Assembly (NCBI GenBank): GCA_002269645.1 | Contig: NIVC01000136.1 | Location: 248,001 to 312,000, forward strand | DNA: 64,000 nucleotides | Reading direction: 5' to 3' | From: Macrostomum lignano | Taxonomy: Eukaryota | Shown here: positions 1 through 13,682 of the stretch, in pieces | Position numbering within the stretch: the stretch's first letter is position 1 | How the letters are laid out: each line of letters begins with the position of its first letter | Made by a program: the position numbers and the translations under genes | The notes under the pieces: model-generated | The model's input: the letters and a program-made list of their open reading frames with translations, nothing else | Told to the model about the DNA's origin: nothing | Database searches by the model: none

Positions 1-1183
1 GTTCTATCAGTATTGTGCTGTCTGTTCTATCCGTATTGTGCTGTCTGTTCTATCAGTATTGTGCTGTCTGTTCTATCAGTATTGTGCTGTCTGTTCTATC
101 GGTATTGTGCTGTCCGTTCTATCAGTATTGTGCTGTCTGTTCTATCAGTATTGTGCTGTCTGTTCTATCCGTATTGTGCTGTCTGTTCTATCAGTATTGT
201 GCTGTCTGTTCTATCCGTATTGTGCTGTCTGTTCTATCAGTATTGTGCTGTCTGTTCTATCAGTATTGTGCTGTCTGTTCTATCAGTATTGTGCTGTCTG
301 CTGTATCAGAACTGTGCTGTCTGTTCTATCAGTATTGTGCTGTCTGCTGTATCAGAACTGTGCTGTCTGTTCTATCAGTATTGTGCTGTCTGTTCTATCA
401 GTATTGTGCTGTCTGTTCTATCAGTATTGTGCTGTCTGTTCTATCAGTATTGTGCTGTCCGTTCTATCAGTATTGTGCTGTCTGTTCTGTCAGTATTGTG
501 CTGTCTGTTCTATTAGTATTGTGCTGTGTGTTGTATCCGTATTAAGCTGTCTGTTTTATCAGTATTGTGCGGTCTGTTCTATCAGTATTGTGCTGTCTGT
601 TCTATCAGTATTGTGCTGTCTGTTCTATCAGTATTGTGCTGTCTGTTCTATCAGTATTGTGCTGTCTGTTCTATCAGTATTGTGCTGTCTGTTCTATCAG
701 TATTGTGCTGTCTGCTGTATCAGAACTGTGCTGTCTGTTCTATCAGTATTGTGCTGTCTGTTCTATCAGTATCGTGCTGTCTGTTCTATCAGTATTGTGC
801 TGTCTGTTCTGTCAGTATTGTGCTGTCCGTTCTATCAGTATTGTGCTGTCTGTTCTGTCAGTATTGTGCTGTCTGTTCTATTAGTATTGTGCTGTGTGTT
901 GTATCAGTATTAAGCTGTCTGTTTTATCAGTATTGTGCTGTCTGTTCTATCAGTATTGTGCAGTCTGTTCTATCAGTATTGTGCTGTCTGTTCTATCGGT
1001 ATTGTGCTGTCTGTTCTATCAGTATTGTGCTGTCTGTTCTATCAGTATTGTGTTGTCTGTTCTATCAGTATTGTGCTGTCTGTTCTATCAGTATTGTGCT
1101 GTCTGTTCTATCAGTATTGTGCTGTCTGCTGTATCAGAACTGTGCTGTCTGTTCTATCAGTATTGTGCTGTCTGCTGTATTAG
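1..1183. repeat. 23-bp satellite array (CTATCAGTATTGTGCTGTCTGTT)n with variant units
   Basis: Tandem 23-mer read directly. Variant units recur at 368-bp (16-unit) spacing, e.g. 347/715 and 511/879. Confidence 0.98.
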
Positions 1184-1252
1184 TAGTTATGGTAAACAAG
1201 CCGGCAGCCGATAGACTGCGAGGCGAGAAACGAATGTGCCAAGCGCACTGTC

Positions 1253-4130
1253 TTAATTGTAAGCGAGCAACAATAGCAGCAACCCGAACTCCAGAGTTAA
1301 AACACACACAACGTACACTGAAGTTACATGCATGCACGGAGGTAAAATGACAAACGCAACTGCATGGAATAAAAGCTCAAATACGAGTACGAATAGAAGC
1401 TCGTGTGGCTCCCGCCGGCCGCTGGTCAGGGGCGCCGCCATTGGCTCCAGATCAGGAAGTTGCTCGACCATGGCGCTAGGAAGCTGCTCGGGCAACTCCG
1501 CCTTAGGTTCGGCCCCCTCAAGCGACCCAGGCGCACTCGGCCGGCCAGTCCACTGATTCGAGTGCGCAAGCCGCAGGCCGCCCTCCGATTGGTCCGCAGG
1601 GGCTGCCAGCGTTGTGTTCTGGTCGTGCTGCACCACGAACTTGGCCGAAACCGGAGAGGATCCCAGACGCATCCTCAGCCAGATTGGGTCACCCACCTGC
1701 TCAGTCATGGTTACCGGTTGGCGAAGGCGATGACCGCACATCAGAATGTCCGGAGATGCCGCTCGATTTCCACTGGGCCGGCTGGTCCTGATCGTCAGCA
1801 GCAGTTTCTGCAGGAAGTGGTCGAACGGCACCATTTTTGTCCACGCCTTGAATCCATCCTTGATGATCCTCACTAGCGTTGCTGCCTGACCCTTCGAGGC
1901 CGGATAGAACGGCGGAGTGTCCAGCTCCTGGCACCCGATGATGCGCAGCCACTGGGTCATTTTTTCCGACTTGAACTCCGGCGCATTGTCCGACACCAGC
2001 GTCCGAGGCACTCCGTTCCTGGCGAACACCGCTCTCAAAACCCGCAGGACACTGTCCGCAGTTCGGTCTGGCACCTGGATCGCCTCAGGCTACCCCGAGT
2101 AGGAGTCCGACAGCGGCAGCAGCAGGCCGACACCAGAAATCTCACAATGGTCCATGTGAACCCGGGACCACGGCTCACTCTCGGCTGGCCAGATGTCGAT
2201 TCTCCGCTGCAGGACTGGCCGAGTTTCTGAGCACTGCTGGCAGCGCTACACAAAGCTGCGTACTTCGCGATCGAGACCCGGCCACCAGAACTCCTTGGAG
2301 ATGTGCGCCTTGGTGTTGTCGGCGCTCGGATGCACTTCGTCGTGCGCCACCTCCAGGATGCGCCTGCGGAGAACAGGGGCAGCACAATTCTGGTTCCGTG
2401 GATCACCAGACAGCGCCTCCCGGCACGCTTTGTACGGCCTCTCCACCTGCGACACCATGTCCCACCGGCCAGTTCTGATCCTCTGCTGCAGCCGCTTCAT
2501 CAACGCGCACATCCTGGTTCCCTCACGAAGATCCTGCAGAGTCACAAGAGCTCCTTCTGACACGACCTCTTCATGCTCTAGCTGGTGCACGGCGTCACTT
2601 GTAGGGTCTTGGGCAGCAAAACTCAGGTGAGACAGGGCATCTGCATCTACCATCAGTCTTCCCGGCACATACTCCACCTCGTAGTCAAAAGCAGATAGCC
2701 GCGGGGCCCAGCGAGTTAGTCTTGCCGACACTGTTATAGGGAGATGATTTTTGCTGGGATTTAAGATGTACTTCAGTGGCTCGTGGTCAGTCTGGAGCGT
2801 GAACCTCTTTCCCAGAAGCATCTTGGGGCTCGCTCGACCGCCCAGACAATGGCCAGCGCCTCCCTCTCAATGTTGGAGTAGTTGGCCTTAGACTTGGTCA
2901 GCGCCCGAGAGAGGTACATGACTGGGTGACCTGACTGCACCAGCACAGCGCCCAGAGACTGCTCGCTAGCATCTACTTGCAGACACACCGGCGAGTTGAC
3001 ATCAAATGGTTTCACACACGGATTCGAGCTCAGGCTCTGCTTCACATTGGTGAACGCCGCCTCGGCAGCCGCACTCCAGTCAAACACGCGGTCCGCTCGA
3101 CAAAGTTCCTGCAGAGGCCGACACTTCTCAGCAAAGTTGGGAACCAATCGACAATAGAACTGCGCCAAATCCAGAAACCGCTCGAGATCCTTCTTGCTTT
3201 TCGGAGCCTCCACATCCTGAATCTTCTGCACCATTCCCGGATCCGGCTTGATCCCCTCTTCATCGATGATGTGGCCCAGGAACTTCAGGCTACTGGCCTC
3301 CATAATGCACTTCGCTTCGTTGATTTTAATATTGTCCACAGCTTGTCCAGCACCTTCTCCCTGATATTCTGCAGCTCCGCCTTTGACACCGCTCCCATGA
3401 GCACATCGTCCTGGTACACGATGACACTTGGGTGCTCACCCAGCAGCTTCTCCATCTCGCGCTGGAACACAGACGGAGAAACCTTAATGCCGTACGACAG
3501 CCTGTTGAAGCGGTAACAGTCGAAAGGGGTTTTGATCGTAGTGATGTCCTTCGACTGTTCTCCAGTGGCACCTGGTAGTAGGCGTCGGACAGAAGGACTT
3601 CTTGTTTGCCATCTTTGAGAAGGCTGTCTCGATGGACGGAGTCAAGTACGTCTGGTCCTGCACCCACTGATTGACGGCAGTGTAACCTCCGCAGATCCTC
3701 ACGGACATCTTGTCGGACTTAACCGTCACCACTATGGGGCTGCCCCACTCTAAGGACGTCAGGTTCTCAACTATGCATGCCTTCTCCATCAGGTCCATCT
3801 CCTTCTTCACCAGTGGACGCAGCGCCAGCGGCAGCTCTCTGGCTGTTTGGAAAATCGGCCGGCTCCTGCCTTCAACAGAGTCTCACCAACTGCTCCATTG
3901 ATGCCCAGCAAGCTCTCGTATATGTTGTTGCTGAGTGGCTTGGCCTCATCCGAATGGTGAGCAGGCAGCGAGCAAAGCAGATCTCAGCTGAGTAACCCAA
4001 GTTCTGCTGGCCTTCGATGACGGGCAGCTCCGCCGCAACGAAGCGGCCATCAGGGCCGCCAGTCTTCACCAGGCACTCCAGCATGCCGAGCTGCTTCATC
4101 GCATGCCCGTCGTACGCAAGCGTCAGGGAC
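1253..4130 (-). mobile_element. Degenerate Ty3/gypsy LTR retrotransposon pol (protease end, RT, RNase H, integrase), family 1
   Basis: Frameshifted ORFs. RT: VIVYQDDVL and FLGHIIDEEGIKPDP. RNase H: LQVDASEQSLGAVL...YSNIEREALAIVWAV, FTLQTDHEPL. Integrase: H-H-C-C zinc finger and LVSDNAPEF...PFYPASKGQA. Confidence 0.93.
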
Positions 4131-4328
4131 TTTAGTTAAGCTTAGTTTAGTTTAGTTTAGTTTAGTTTAGCTTAGTTTAGCTTAGCTTAGTTTAGTTTAG
4201 TTTAGTTTAGTTTAGTTTAGTTTAGTTTAGTTTAGTTTAGTTTAGTTTAGTTTAGTTTAGTTTAGTTTAGTTTAGTTTAGTTTAGTTTAGTTTGTTTAGT
4301 TTAGTTTAGTTTAGTTTAGTTTAGTTTA
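4131..4328. repeat. (TTTAG)n pentanucleotide microsatellite
   Basis: Tandem repeat read directly. Confidence 0.97.
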
Positions 4329-5470
4329 CAGTTGCATAGTGGCTCCAAGGCGCTGTTTATAGATACCAAATTTGAGTCTCCAGTTGAGTTATTGGTACAG
4401 CGGTATTCAAATATTGCCTAAGAATAGCCTTTTGAAATTCAGAAGCAATCTTCTCAAAAATACGCATTTCTAGCTGTCGTATCGAAAGATTTATGGAGTT
4501 TACTCGCTGTTTTATTTTTATCGATTGACTGACAATACTTCATTGAAACGTGTGCGTTCTTTTAACTTTAAGCTGCCGGACGGTCAGCAGAGCTGACCAT
4601 GGACCAACAGCCTTTTCTGGTGGTAATTTTTTGTAGTCAATGGTAAAAGAAAAATGATGTAGACGTTCCTGCCGAGCATGGTCAGCAGCATTGAACATTT
4701 ACGAAAAATGGGTGAAAAAAGTCCTACTTATCTAATGGAATGCAGCGACCCGGTTTCAGCATTCTCAGTGATGACATCATCAGTCTCAGAATCGGATGTA
4801 TGCAAGATTTCTATGGTTGTAGCTGATTCACTTTTCAATAAAATGATGCACTACTCGTATTAAATCCCGAGAATGCGGGTGGCCTGCTCTGCAGGCCATA
4901 GCTAATGGTCTATGGCTTGCGAATAATTTGAATGCTGTTTCGAAAATAAGTCTGCATAACCGTAGCTTGCGGCTTTGGCCTGCTCAGCAGGACATGCCTA
5001 TTTTTTATACAGAAAACATTTGTGAATCACGGTCAACGAGTCTTTCTATCGAGCATTAAGACTCTAGCTATAGTCTATGGCCAGCCCAGCTGACCATTTC
5101 GGCAGGGACGGAGCTTTTGTATTTCTAGCTCCGGCGCAAATAGGTTTTAAACACTGCCTTTGTCTTTGACGCATTTAAGCTAAAACCGTTTGTAAATCGA
5201 TCATGCCATTTAAAAATTCCAACGTTTAAAAGTTGACAAAGTTGACTTGTAATGTGTCAATCTGTTGCACGTCTTATCAGGGACGATTTCTTTTCCGAAA
5301 GACATGGCATTTCTGGCTTAATCGTCAAACAATAGTATTTTGCGTACATACGTAGTGAGATTTTGGATTCATTCGAAAGACTTATTTTAAATGCGTGCTC
5401 ATTTGTATTTTTGTTCTTTTCATTCCTTCGTAGCCCTGTGCCGTTTAAACAAGTAATTGACGACTTCCAG

Positions 5471-5808
5471 GACTGCTGTGCTGGCGGAGCCCGCTGACCT
5501 GTGGCGACACGTGCAGTGGCGGGTGACATCGCTGGTTGCTAAGCAGTGCCTCTCCCAGTCCAGCCAAATCACTTCATCATGGAGAATGAAACCGCCTGTA
5601 AGCGACAGCTGCTACAGTCTGAAGTCCTGCGCCAGGCTGCAATGCGCCTCTGCTCAACGCACAGCGGGCTCTTCCAGTGCGGTTCAACTGCAGCCAGACG
5701 GTCGCTGCTTCGTGAAGTTTCAGCAGCGACTTACTGGCAGAGTGAGTTTCCAACGAAACTGGACTGAGTACGAGACTGGGTTCGGTGACGGCACTGACTT
5801 CTGGATAG
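5471..5808 (+). pseudogene. Orphan exon 2 of the FReP family (unit A), with no exon 1 or exon 3 nearby
   Basis: Acceptor ttccag|G and donor ATAG|gtgag. Encodes ...QQRLTGRVSFQRNWTEYETGFGDGTDFWIG, the FBG N-terminal part. Flank 4330-6310 is homologous to 32320-34090 of unit C. Bracketed by two gypsy remnants. Confidence 0.85.
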
Positions 5809-6369
5809 GTGAGCGGCTTGTCAATTGGTGTGCGTCAGGAACCGAAGCAGGTCTTATCAACTGCCATAAGTGTCATTTAGGCCGTACAATTAATAACGTT
5901 CGTTGGTTGGTGGCTGTGGAAATTTTACGCTCGTAGTTCTTCGGACCGCCCTGCAGCTAAGTGGAAATTTTAGCAAAACTTTTTTTCCTACATCTTTTCC
6001 AGCTTTTCAAAGCTTGTATGCCTTTATCTTAAAAATCTGTATTTATATCCTAAGTAAGTAAGTATTCCTCTGTAGGCTCTGCGCTGAATTGGATGTCATG
6101 TTACAAACAAGTAATTATTCGTTCGACGCTCGTATCCAACAAACAACAGCAACAACAACAAAGTACGCAGCCCAGCATGCAAGTCACAGTTAGAGCAGGA
6201 CATGTCAGATGGCGCGTCCCAGATCTTAAGAGCAGAAGAAGTTCGCCCTGTTGGCAGTGTCGGGCTCCCAGCGTCGCATAGTATACATCAAATTATTAAG
6301 CTGAATAAATGAAAGTTTATTGAAATAAAGTCGACAGAACTTTATTGTGGCACAAAAGCACGAAAAACA

Positions 6370-6677
6370 TTACAGGCTAGAAACATGCCTTATATTGAAA
6401 CTATTTGTTATCGATTGACTGACCCACCGCAACCCCCAACCCGCGCTAGCAAAGTACATGCAGCGAGAGAGAGAGTCACCAAAACAACCTAACCCAACCC
6501 CCGCCCCCGGCGCGCACGCAGGCCAAGCTACCACATCCCTCCATGCCAAGACAAAAGCAACAGAACTTGCAACAAAAAAAGAAAAACCCTCCACCAAAGA
6601 AAACAATCAGTCACTGTCAGATAAGTTCACTCGTAGGTCAGTCGCCCTTGTGGTCCTCTCTGAACGCCGCAGCATCT

Positions 6678-6709
<32 letters not shown>

Positions 6710-9700
6710 GGCGGCGGCGGCGGCGGCGGCGCTTCAGACGTTGTCACCGACGGAGACAGCTGCCGTGGCCCCGCCCCGCCTGACTGGCCCAATCCTGCCG
6801 CTTGCTCAGGTGGGATGATCGCCGGCACCAGGTGGTCGGCATGCCGCCGCACGATACGCTCGTCGGGCAGGCGGCACTCGTAGGACAGCGGCCCGGTCCG
6901 CCGGCTCACGGAGGCCGGCGCCCACTTCTTCGGACCATTGAAGTGGCACCAGGACACCGTCGCCTTCTTCGAAGTTGCGATCCCTGGCTCGCAGGTCGTG
7001 GTACTCCTTTTGCGAGTCCTGACTGCGCCTGACTGTAGCAGAGACATCGGGCCGCACGATGTTTAGAAGCGTCCGCAGCTGCCTGCCCATCATCAGCTGG
7101 CAGGGTGGAGCACTGGTTGTGCTGTGCGGAGTGACCCGGTAGGTCAGCAGGAACCGAGCTAGCCGAAACTGCAGGGACGCGGGCCGCCCCTTCGCCAGGG
7201 CCGCCTTCACCGTCTGGACCGCTCGCTCGGCCAATCCGTTGGACGATGGATGATATGGAGCCACTTTGATGTGCCGGATGCCGCTACTGGCCAAGAAGTT
7301 GCTCATCTCTTGGCTCACGAAATTCGGACCGTTGTTGCTCACTACGACCGCTGGCAATCTCAGCTGACTGAAAGTCCTTCTCAGCCGATCGATTGTGGCA
7401 GCACTGGTGGCGGACTGGCAAATGTGAACTTCAATCCATTTCGAATGAGCGTCCACCAATACTAACAGCATTTTTCCCTCGACTGGTCCAGCGTAGTCCA
7501 GGTGGATCCGGGACCACGGCTTGTCCGGACACGGCCACGGCTGCAGGAGGGTTGGCAGCGGGCAGTTCTGATGACGCTGGCACTCGCCACAGTTCTGTGA
7601 CAGCTGCTCGATGTCCCGGTCCAATCCGGGCCACCAGAAATATCCTCGGGCCAGGGACTTCATCCTTGAAGCTCCTTGGTGGCTCTGATGTAGATAGTCG
7701 AGCAGCGCTTGTCGTCCCTGAACCGGCACAATCACACGGTTGCCCCACAGCAGGCAGCCGTCCTCCAGGCTCAGTTCTGCCGCCCTGACCGCATACGGCT
7801 GCAGTTCCGCATCCAGCCGAGCACGAACCGCAGCACTCGACTTGTCCAACCGCGAACCTGAGCAGGCGTCACGGGTCCCTCATTGAACGCATCGATGAGC
7901 AGCACTACCTCAGCCGGTGAGAGCGTCTCCACTGTCTTCGTCGGCAGCGGCAGCCGACTCAGCGCGTCAGCCCGCAGCAGCGAAGTTCCCTTGCGATACT
8001 GCAGTCGATACGAGTAGTTCGAAAGCAGCAGAGCCCAGCATTGGATCCTCGCTGAAGCCAGTGGTGGCATGGCTTTGCTCTCGTATAGCAGGCCCAGTAG
8101 CGGCTTGTGGTCGCTCTTGAGCTCGAAGGTTTTGCCATAGAGGTAGGCGTGGAAGTGCTTGATCCCAAAAATGATCGCCAGGGCTTCCTTCTCTGTCTGC
8201 GAATAGTTCCGATTCTCTCGGCGAGCGATCGGAACGCAAAGGCAATCGGCCTTTCAAGGCCATCAATCCGGTGGCAGATAACGGCCCCGACCCCGCATGG
8301 CGAACTATCGCACTCCAGAATCACCTCCTTTTTGACGTCGAAATGGACAAGCGCCAGCAAGCTCAGTATCAGCTCCTTGCTGCGCCGGAAAGCATCGGAC
8401 TGTGCTTCGCCCCATCGCCAGACAGTTCCTTTCTCGAGAAGCCGGTGCAGAGGAGCCAGAACGCTGGACAGGTTCGGCAGAAATCGGCCGTAATAGTTGA
8501 GGAGGCCCAAGAAACTCCGCAACTGCGTGACGTCCTTTGGCATCGGCGCGTCAACGATCGCGTTGACTTTGTCACTCATCGGATGCAGGCCCTGGACGTC
8601 AATCCGATGCCCCAAATAGGTCACCGAATTCTCCATGAAGCGGCACTTGTCAAGCCGGCACTTCAGCCCAGCATCCTTCAGGCGCTGCAGGACTATCTCC
8701 AGATTCTCGAGGTGCTCAGCATCATCGGCGCCGGTCACCAGCACGTCATCAATGAAGGTTGCCGTATGCTTTGCGCCTTGCAGCAGGCCGTCCATGGTCC
8801 TCTGGAAGATTCCAACTGCTGGTGAGATTCCAAACGGTAGTCTCGTATACCTCAGCAAACCCTTCGAGGTGTTGATGGTTCACAGGCGCTGGGACTCTTC
8901 ATCGAGCGGAAGCTGCATGTATGCCTGGCTGAGGTCCAGCTTGGTGAACTTTTGGCCGCCGGTGAGCTTGGCGAACAACTCCTCAATCCTTGGCAGCGGG
9001 TAGAAGTCCATCTCCACATCCTGGTTTACCGTGCACTTGAAATCTGCGCAGATTCTGATGGAGCCGTCCGACTTCAGCACCGGCACGATTGGGGACGCAT
9101 ACTCCGAATCGGAGACCGGCCGCAGGATGCCCTGCTGAATCTCCCGCTCGAGCTGCTCTTCCACCTTGGACTTCAAAGCGAAGGGCACCTGCCGCGCCTT
9201 TATGAACTTGTGTCGCGCCCCAGGCTTCACTCGCAGTTTCAGAGGTTCACCCGTGTAGCAGCCGAGGCCACTCGAGAAAACGGGGCTGAACCTCTCTAGT
9301 AACTTCTGCACTTGCTGATCCTTTGGAGCCGACGCTTCGGGCAGCTGCTTGACGCTCCCCCAATTTAACGGCAGCGCAGCCAGCCAGTTCCTACCGATGA
9401 GGCTGGAACTGGATCCAGATACCACTAGAAGAGGAAGAAGCTGCGCTGCTTGGCTTTACCTGGAATCTCTGCAGACACGCTGATCTGACCAATCCCGCTG
9501 ACTGGCTGTCCGCAGTAGTTCCGCAGCCGAATCGGGGTCCGCTCGAGCTCAGGAGCCCCGCCCAGCAGGTCGTGATAGGCTCTAGCCGATATCAGCGATA
9601 CAGCCGCGCCCGTATCGATCTCCATCTGGCAGGACACTCCGTTGAGCAGGACCATGGTGATGTACGGCGGCACTTTGGCAGCTGCACTGGGCAAGGTGTT

Positions 9701-10420
9701 CAGGGAGCCGCAGTCTTGGCTTTCCTCCTCCACGGCGGCGACTTGCGACCGCGGCTCAGCTCCAGCCGAATCCGCGCCTCCTAGACAGGCTGCAGTGGTG
9801 TGCCCCATCTTGCCGCACTTGAAACAGGCCTTCTTCATGAATGGGCACTTCGCCGCCAGGTGTTTTGCAGACAGGCACCTGTAGCACCTTTTCGCTGGTC
9901 GCTGAGTCGCTACCACATTGGTCTGGCCGACTTGGTCTACCGATGCTGCCGAGGCGGCTTGCGGAGTTCCTGCGGACTAGTCCTTGACCAAGTTGCAGTC
10001 CTTGGTTGCCAGCTCCACCGCCTGGGAGATCGCCAGTGCTCTGTCCAGGTCCAACTCTGTCTCGGACAGGAGTCTGCGCTGTATGTGATCATCCTGGATG
10101 CCAAGCACCAGACGATCTCTCAGCATGATGCTCAAGCTGTTACCGAAGTTACAGTGGACAGCCAAACGCCGCAGTGCCGCCAAGAAGTCGGCCACGGACT
10201 CCGAGCTCTCTCGAACGCGCTGGTAGAAGTGGAAACTTTGCACGATCTCTGACGGCTTCGGGTCCCAGTGATCGTCAAGCTTTTTGCAGATGTTAGCGAA
10301 GGAAGCCTCTGAAGGCTTAACTGGGGCCAGAAGACTGGTGACAAGCCTATAGGTGTCCTTGCCGCACAAGCTGAGGAATGCCGCTCACTTCTTCTCTTGG
10401 CTTTCGAGTTCGTTTCACCA
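6370..10420 (-). mobile_element. Degenerate Ty3/gypsy (Mag-like) LTR retrotransposon with gag, CCHC knuckles, protease, RT, RNase H, integrase and a probable 3' LTR; 5' LTR absent
   Basis: Gag MLRDRLVLGI; two CX2CX4HX4C knuckles; protease MEIDTGAAVSLI; RT TFIDDVLV; integrase HQSH...CGEC and IHLDYAGP...HPSSNGLAERAVQT. LTR-like end ...ctaccaca at ~6536 followed by a PPT-like tccctcc. Several frameshifts. Confidence 0.93.
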
Positions 10421-10456
10421 AGCGAGCAACTTTACCTGAAAAACAGCAGGGCTTCC

Positions 10457-10903
10457 AAATGCTGTGTTATTGACTGCAATTTCGGCTACGCGAATGCGGC
10501 ACCGACAGAGAAGAAAATCAGCTTCTATTCCTTTCCAAAAGACACTTCATTGCTGCAGTGACGGCTGAATGCCATTCCGAACAAAAGTCAAAGTGTATCA
10601 GCATTTTAAATGTTCCAACACCTATCTTGGTAAGCAGTTAAAAAAGCCTGAATGCCCGCCGATTACAAGAGAACTCTGGCAACTTGAACACCTACTAGCA
10701 TTCGCCGAGTTTATAAAAAAAAACTGGCGCTAAGGTGCAGCAGGAAAGAACTGCTTGACGAGTGAAACAGTCGGTAGCTTCATTTAGACGTGTTCTGCGA
10801 TTCCGAAACTTTGCTTAAGACTACTTGCTACGGTGCACTTTCAGAATGCTTTGTTTGGAAAGTTTTCTTCGGATCCCATCCAGAGGCAGTTCGGAAGGTA
10901 CTG
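10457..10903 (+). mobile_element. Internally deleted THAP/P-element-type transposase remnant
   Basis: From 10457: KCCVIDCNFGYANAAPTEKKISFYSFPKDTSLLQ*RLNAIPNK, a THAP-domain N-terminal pattern. Near 10850-10903: ALFGKFSSDPIQRQFGRY, resembling the P-transposase C-terminal catalytic motif. Not in the ORF track because of stops. Confidence 0.65.
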
Positions 10904-12859
10904 TGACGATTATCCGGCAGACTCGAAATTAATTAATAAAGACAAACACGACAGAGGCAAATTTTGTAGCGGTAGCACTTGATGATAGTAGCGAATGATG
11001 CGGGCGGTGGCCGCAGTACGTATTTATTGTAACCGTATCAGTGGATAGTTAGGGCTCGTTTTTATTAATTCCGTCTGGGTAGCTAATAGAGATAGGTCAG
11101 AGTACTTGCTGAATCAGTAAGAAATGCACTGGGCGGCTACGCAACAATAAGATAGATGATAGGCGATAGATCGAGTCGATGAGCCTGAGGCAATGGCGAC
11201 GATGTGATGGCAGTGATCGTGTGGTGGCGGTACTCGTAGCGAGAACCCGTTGCAGACGGTAGAGGTGGCGTGGTCGAGAATTGACGGTGGCAGTGGCGTG
11301 ACTGAGACTTGGCAGAGGCGTGGTTTAGAACCGTGGCGAAGCGAGGCGGAGAGAGAAGGCGGGTAAACAAGCCAACAATGGGTTGAAGGAACGAAGGGCA
11401 GCCGGGGGCGGTCTAACCCCGAGCGCCCCAGCCAGACAGGACTGATAAAGAGCGGGCTGGGTGTGGGTGCGCGAGGAGAACTTAATTTCAGGCTAACATA
11501 ATTTATGCGCGGCTTTTCTATTGGCCGGCGAGAAAAACAGGAATTATCGATCGCATACTGTACTTAGGCTTTACAAACGTAAGCAAGTTGTTTAAAATTC
11601 TTTGGACGCTACTTTAAGCAGCCGTGAGAGTACGAGACCATTAAATTAGCAATATTATAGATTGGTACTGTATGCTAAAACGGCCCTTGACGGGGCTACC
11701 TAAGCTGACAACGTCACACCACCGACAGATATCAGGTGGTCAATACTACATCAACTCGATAAAAGATTATTCAGTCTAAAAATAAGATTAGAGTGATGTC
11801 GCTTGTATCCATTTCTTATATCCATTGCCTGGCCTTGCGACGTAAAGACTCAGGCTGCCTGAATGTCATGTTTTACATCTTAGGATATCTGTCAAAGTCC
11901 ACTGGTAAACGCTGTCATCATAAGTATCGACAGTTTCTGGTCAGCGAAAACAACTTTCCAGCATTGGAAATGCCAACTAAAAATTTAGGTCATATAGGGA
12001 TTAGAAATCAGAAAAATCGGGACAAAATAAAGGTTCACTAAAGGGCAAAATAAGAAGCTAAAAGCAGAGGGGCGAAAGTTCAATCTAAAGGTAAGACACC
12101 TAAGTGAGAGAAATTAAAGAACGTCAAGAAGCGGAAGAAATCATAGATAAGAACTTAACCTTTGCTTTCCCCCAAGATTTCAGACCAAACCAGACGACAT
12201 CCAGTTGGCCGAGGTACCAGGCAGAGCCAGTCGGCGCGGTGCCAGGAGAATCGATACGACATGATACCCCGACTGGCGGGCGAGATAGAGCAATGGTCAA
12301 CAGGCCGAGGTCAGCGGTGACGTACGACCAGGGAGCAAAAGGACGACTCACCGAGGGACGCACGAGGGCCTGACGTGCGAATAAAACCCGAACTGACCTT
12401 TAACCATCGCCTGATGTGGCAAACTAATAGATATCAAATTATCTCTCTCGCCCGTAGCAACGCGCTAATCTAATGTTGCTGCGTCTGTTTTGGCACCCCG
12501 CCGTTGCTAATCAGCGGCGGGGGATGACGTGTATCAAATGATCTATGAAATAGACACGGCCTCGTCCCTGAAATGGGCAACGGAGAAAAGTGCACTTCAC
12601 AAAAACCTTGAGTTTACTTAATCTTTGTCATTTGTGCCGTAGGCGCGAATATTAAGCAGCCTAGTAGCGATCTCTTGTTGTAAGCCCTCTTAGGCTTCGA
12701 AGGCGCAAAAGCAATCCTACGGACCGCTAGACGACTACGAGAGAGAAACATAACCGAAGCCCGAGAGAGAAGTCTTACAGGTCAGAGGCCGGTAAACTCC
12801 GGCCGCAAACCTCTATCCGGCCCTCGGGTCCTTTGAAACTTCAATGGCAATTCGGCCCG

Positions 12860-13060
12860 CTCTTCTAAGTTCTCTCCTCTCGTTTCTCTCATCTATTCTC
12901 TCCTCTCCACACCTTTCTTCTCTTCTCTCATTTCTCTCTTTTTTTCTCCTCTCACCGATCTTCTTTCTTCTCTCTCTCACCTTCTCTCATCTCGCCTCTG
13001 TTCTGTGATCTCTCATTTCCTCTTTATTCTTCTCTCTCCCCCCATTCCCTCACCTTTCCA
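12860..13060. repeat. CT-rich low-complexity tract
   Basis: Polypyrimidine tract. Its lead-in (ggtcctttgaaactt) resembles that of the 31290-31840 tract. Confidence 0.85.
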
Positions 13061-13682
13061 CTCTCATTTGGGTGGGTCTTGGGGACGAGTTGGGACAAGT
13101 TGGACCGCCCCATTGGGGAGTGTTACTCCCATATGTAGAGAGTATTCCCTGCTTGGGTGCACAGAGGTATATAAAATACACAAGCTCCAACGAAAAAAAA
13201 TCCGGAAATATTTTCCGGCAAGGAAGCCTTAGAAGTTCCACATCCAAAGCAACCTGGCTGTCGTGAGAAACCAGTATTGTATAGAATTATCTAAAACCAA
13301 ATGCACATGAACACTTCGTGTGCTGCAGATTGACCCAGTAAATAGACACAAACTTAGACGAAGTTCGCAATGAATACTTCACAAACAAAGCCCCGAAATT
13401 CCGAAATAACATCCAGCAAAAAAAGAAAATAACGCAGCAAGGCAGGTAAAATTGATGCGCTGCATGGCGCAAAGGTTGCGAGTGACGCATGCAGTACCTG
13501 GGGATTCCAAACACTGTCTGGCAGAGATAAAAGTACATTTAGACACGGGATTCTGGCCAACCGAATCCCCAGCAGAGGCAAACAGTCTGATGCAAATGGC
13601 AAACCGCGTGACGCGTCTGGAATGCGAAGTGCAGCCTGCAGTCACGTGAAATTTATCCGATGGGCAGGGAATGCTTCTTCTG

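Noticed and set aside
4131-4328. (TTTAG)n as an interstitial telomere
   Set aside because: It matches neither TTAGGG nor TTAGG, and the homologous site at 38143 carries (TTTTG)n.
10902-11576. TG...CA-bounded segment as a solo LTR
   Set aside because: No target-site duplication (ggtac vs aacgt) and no second copy in the window.
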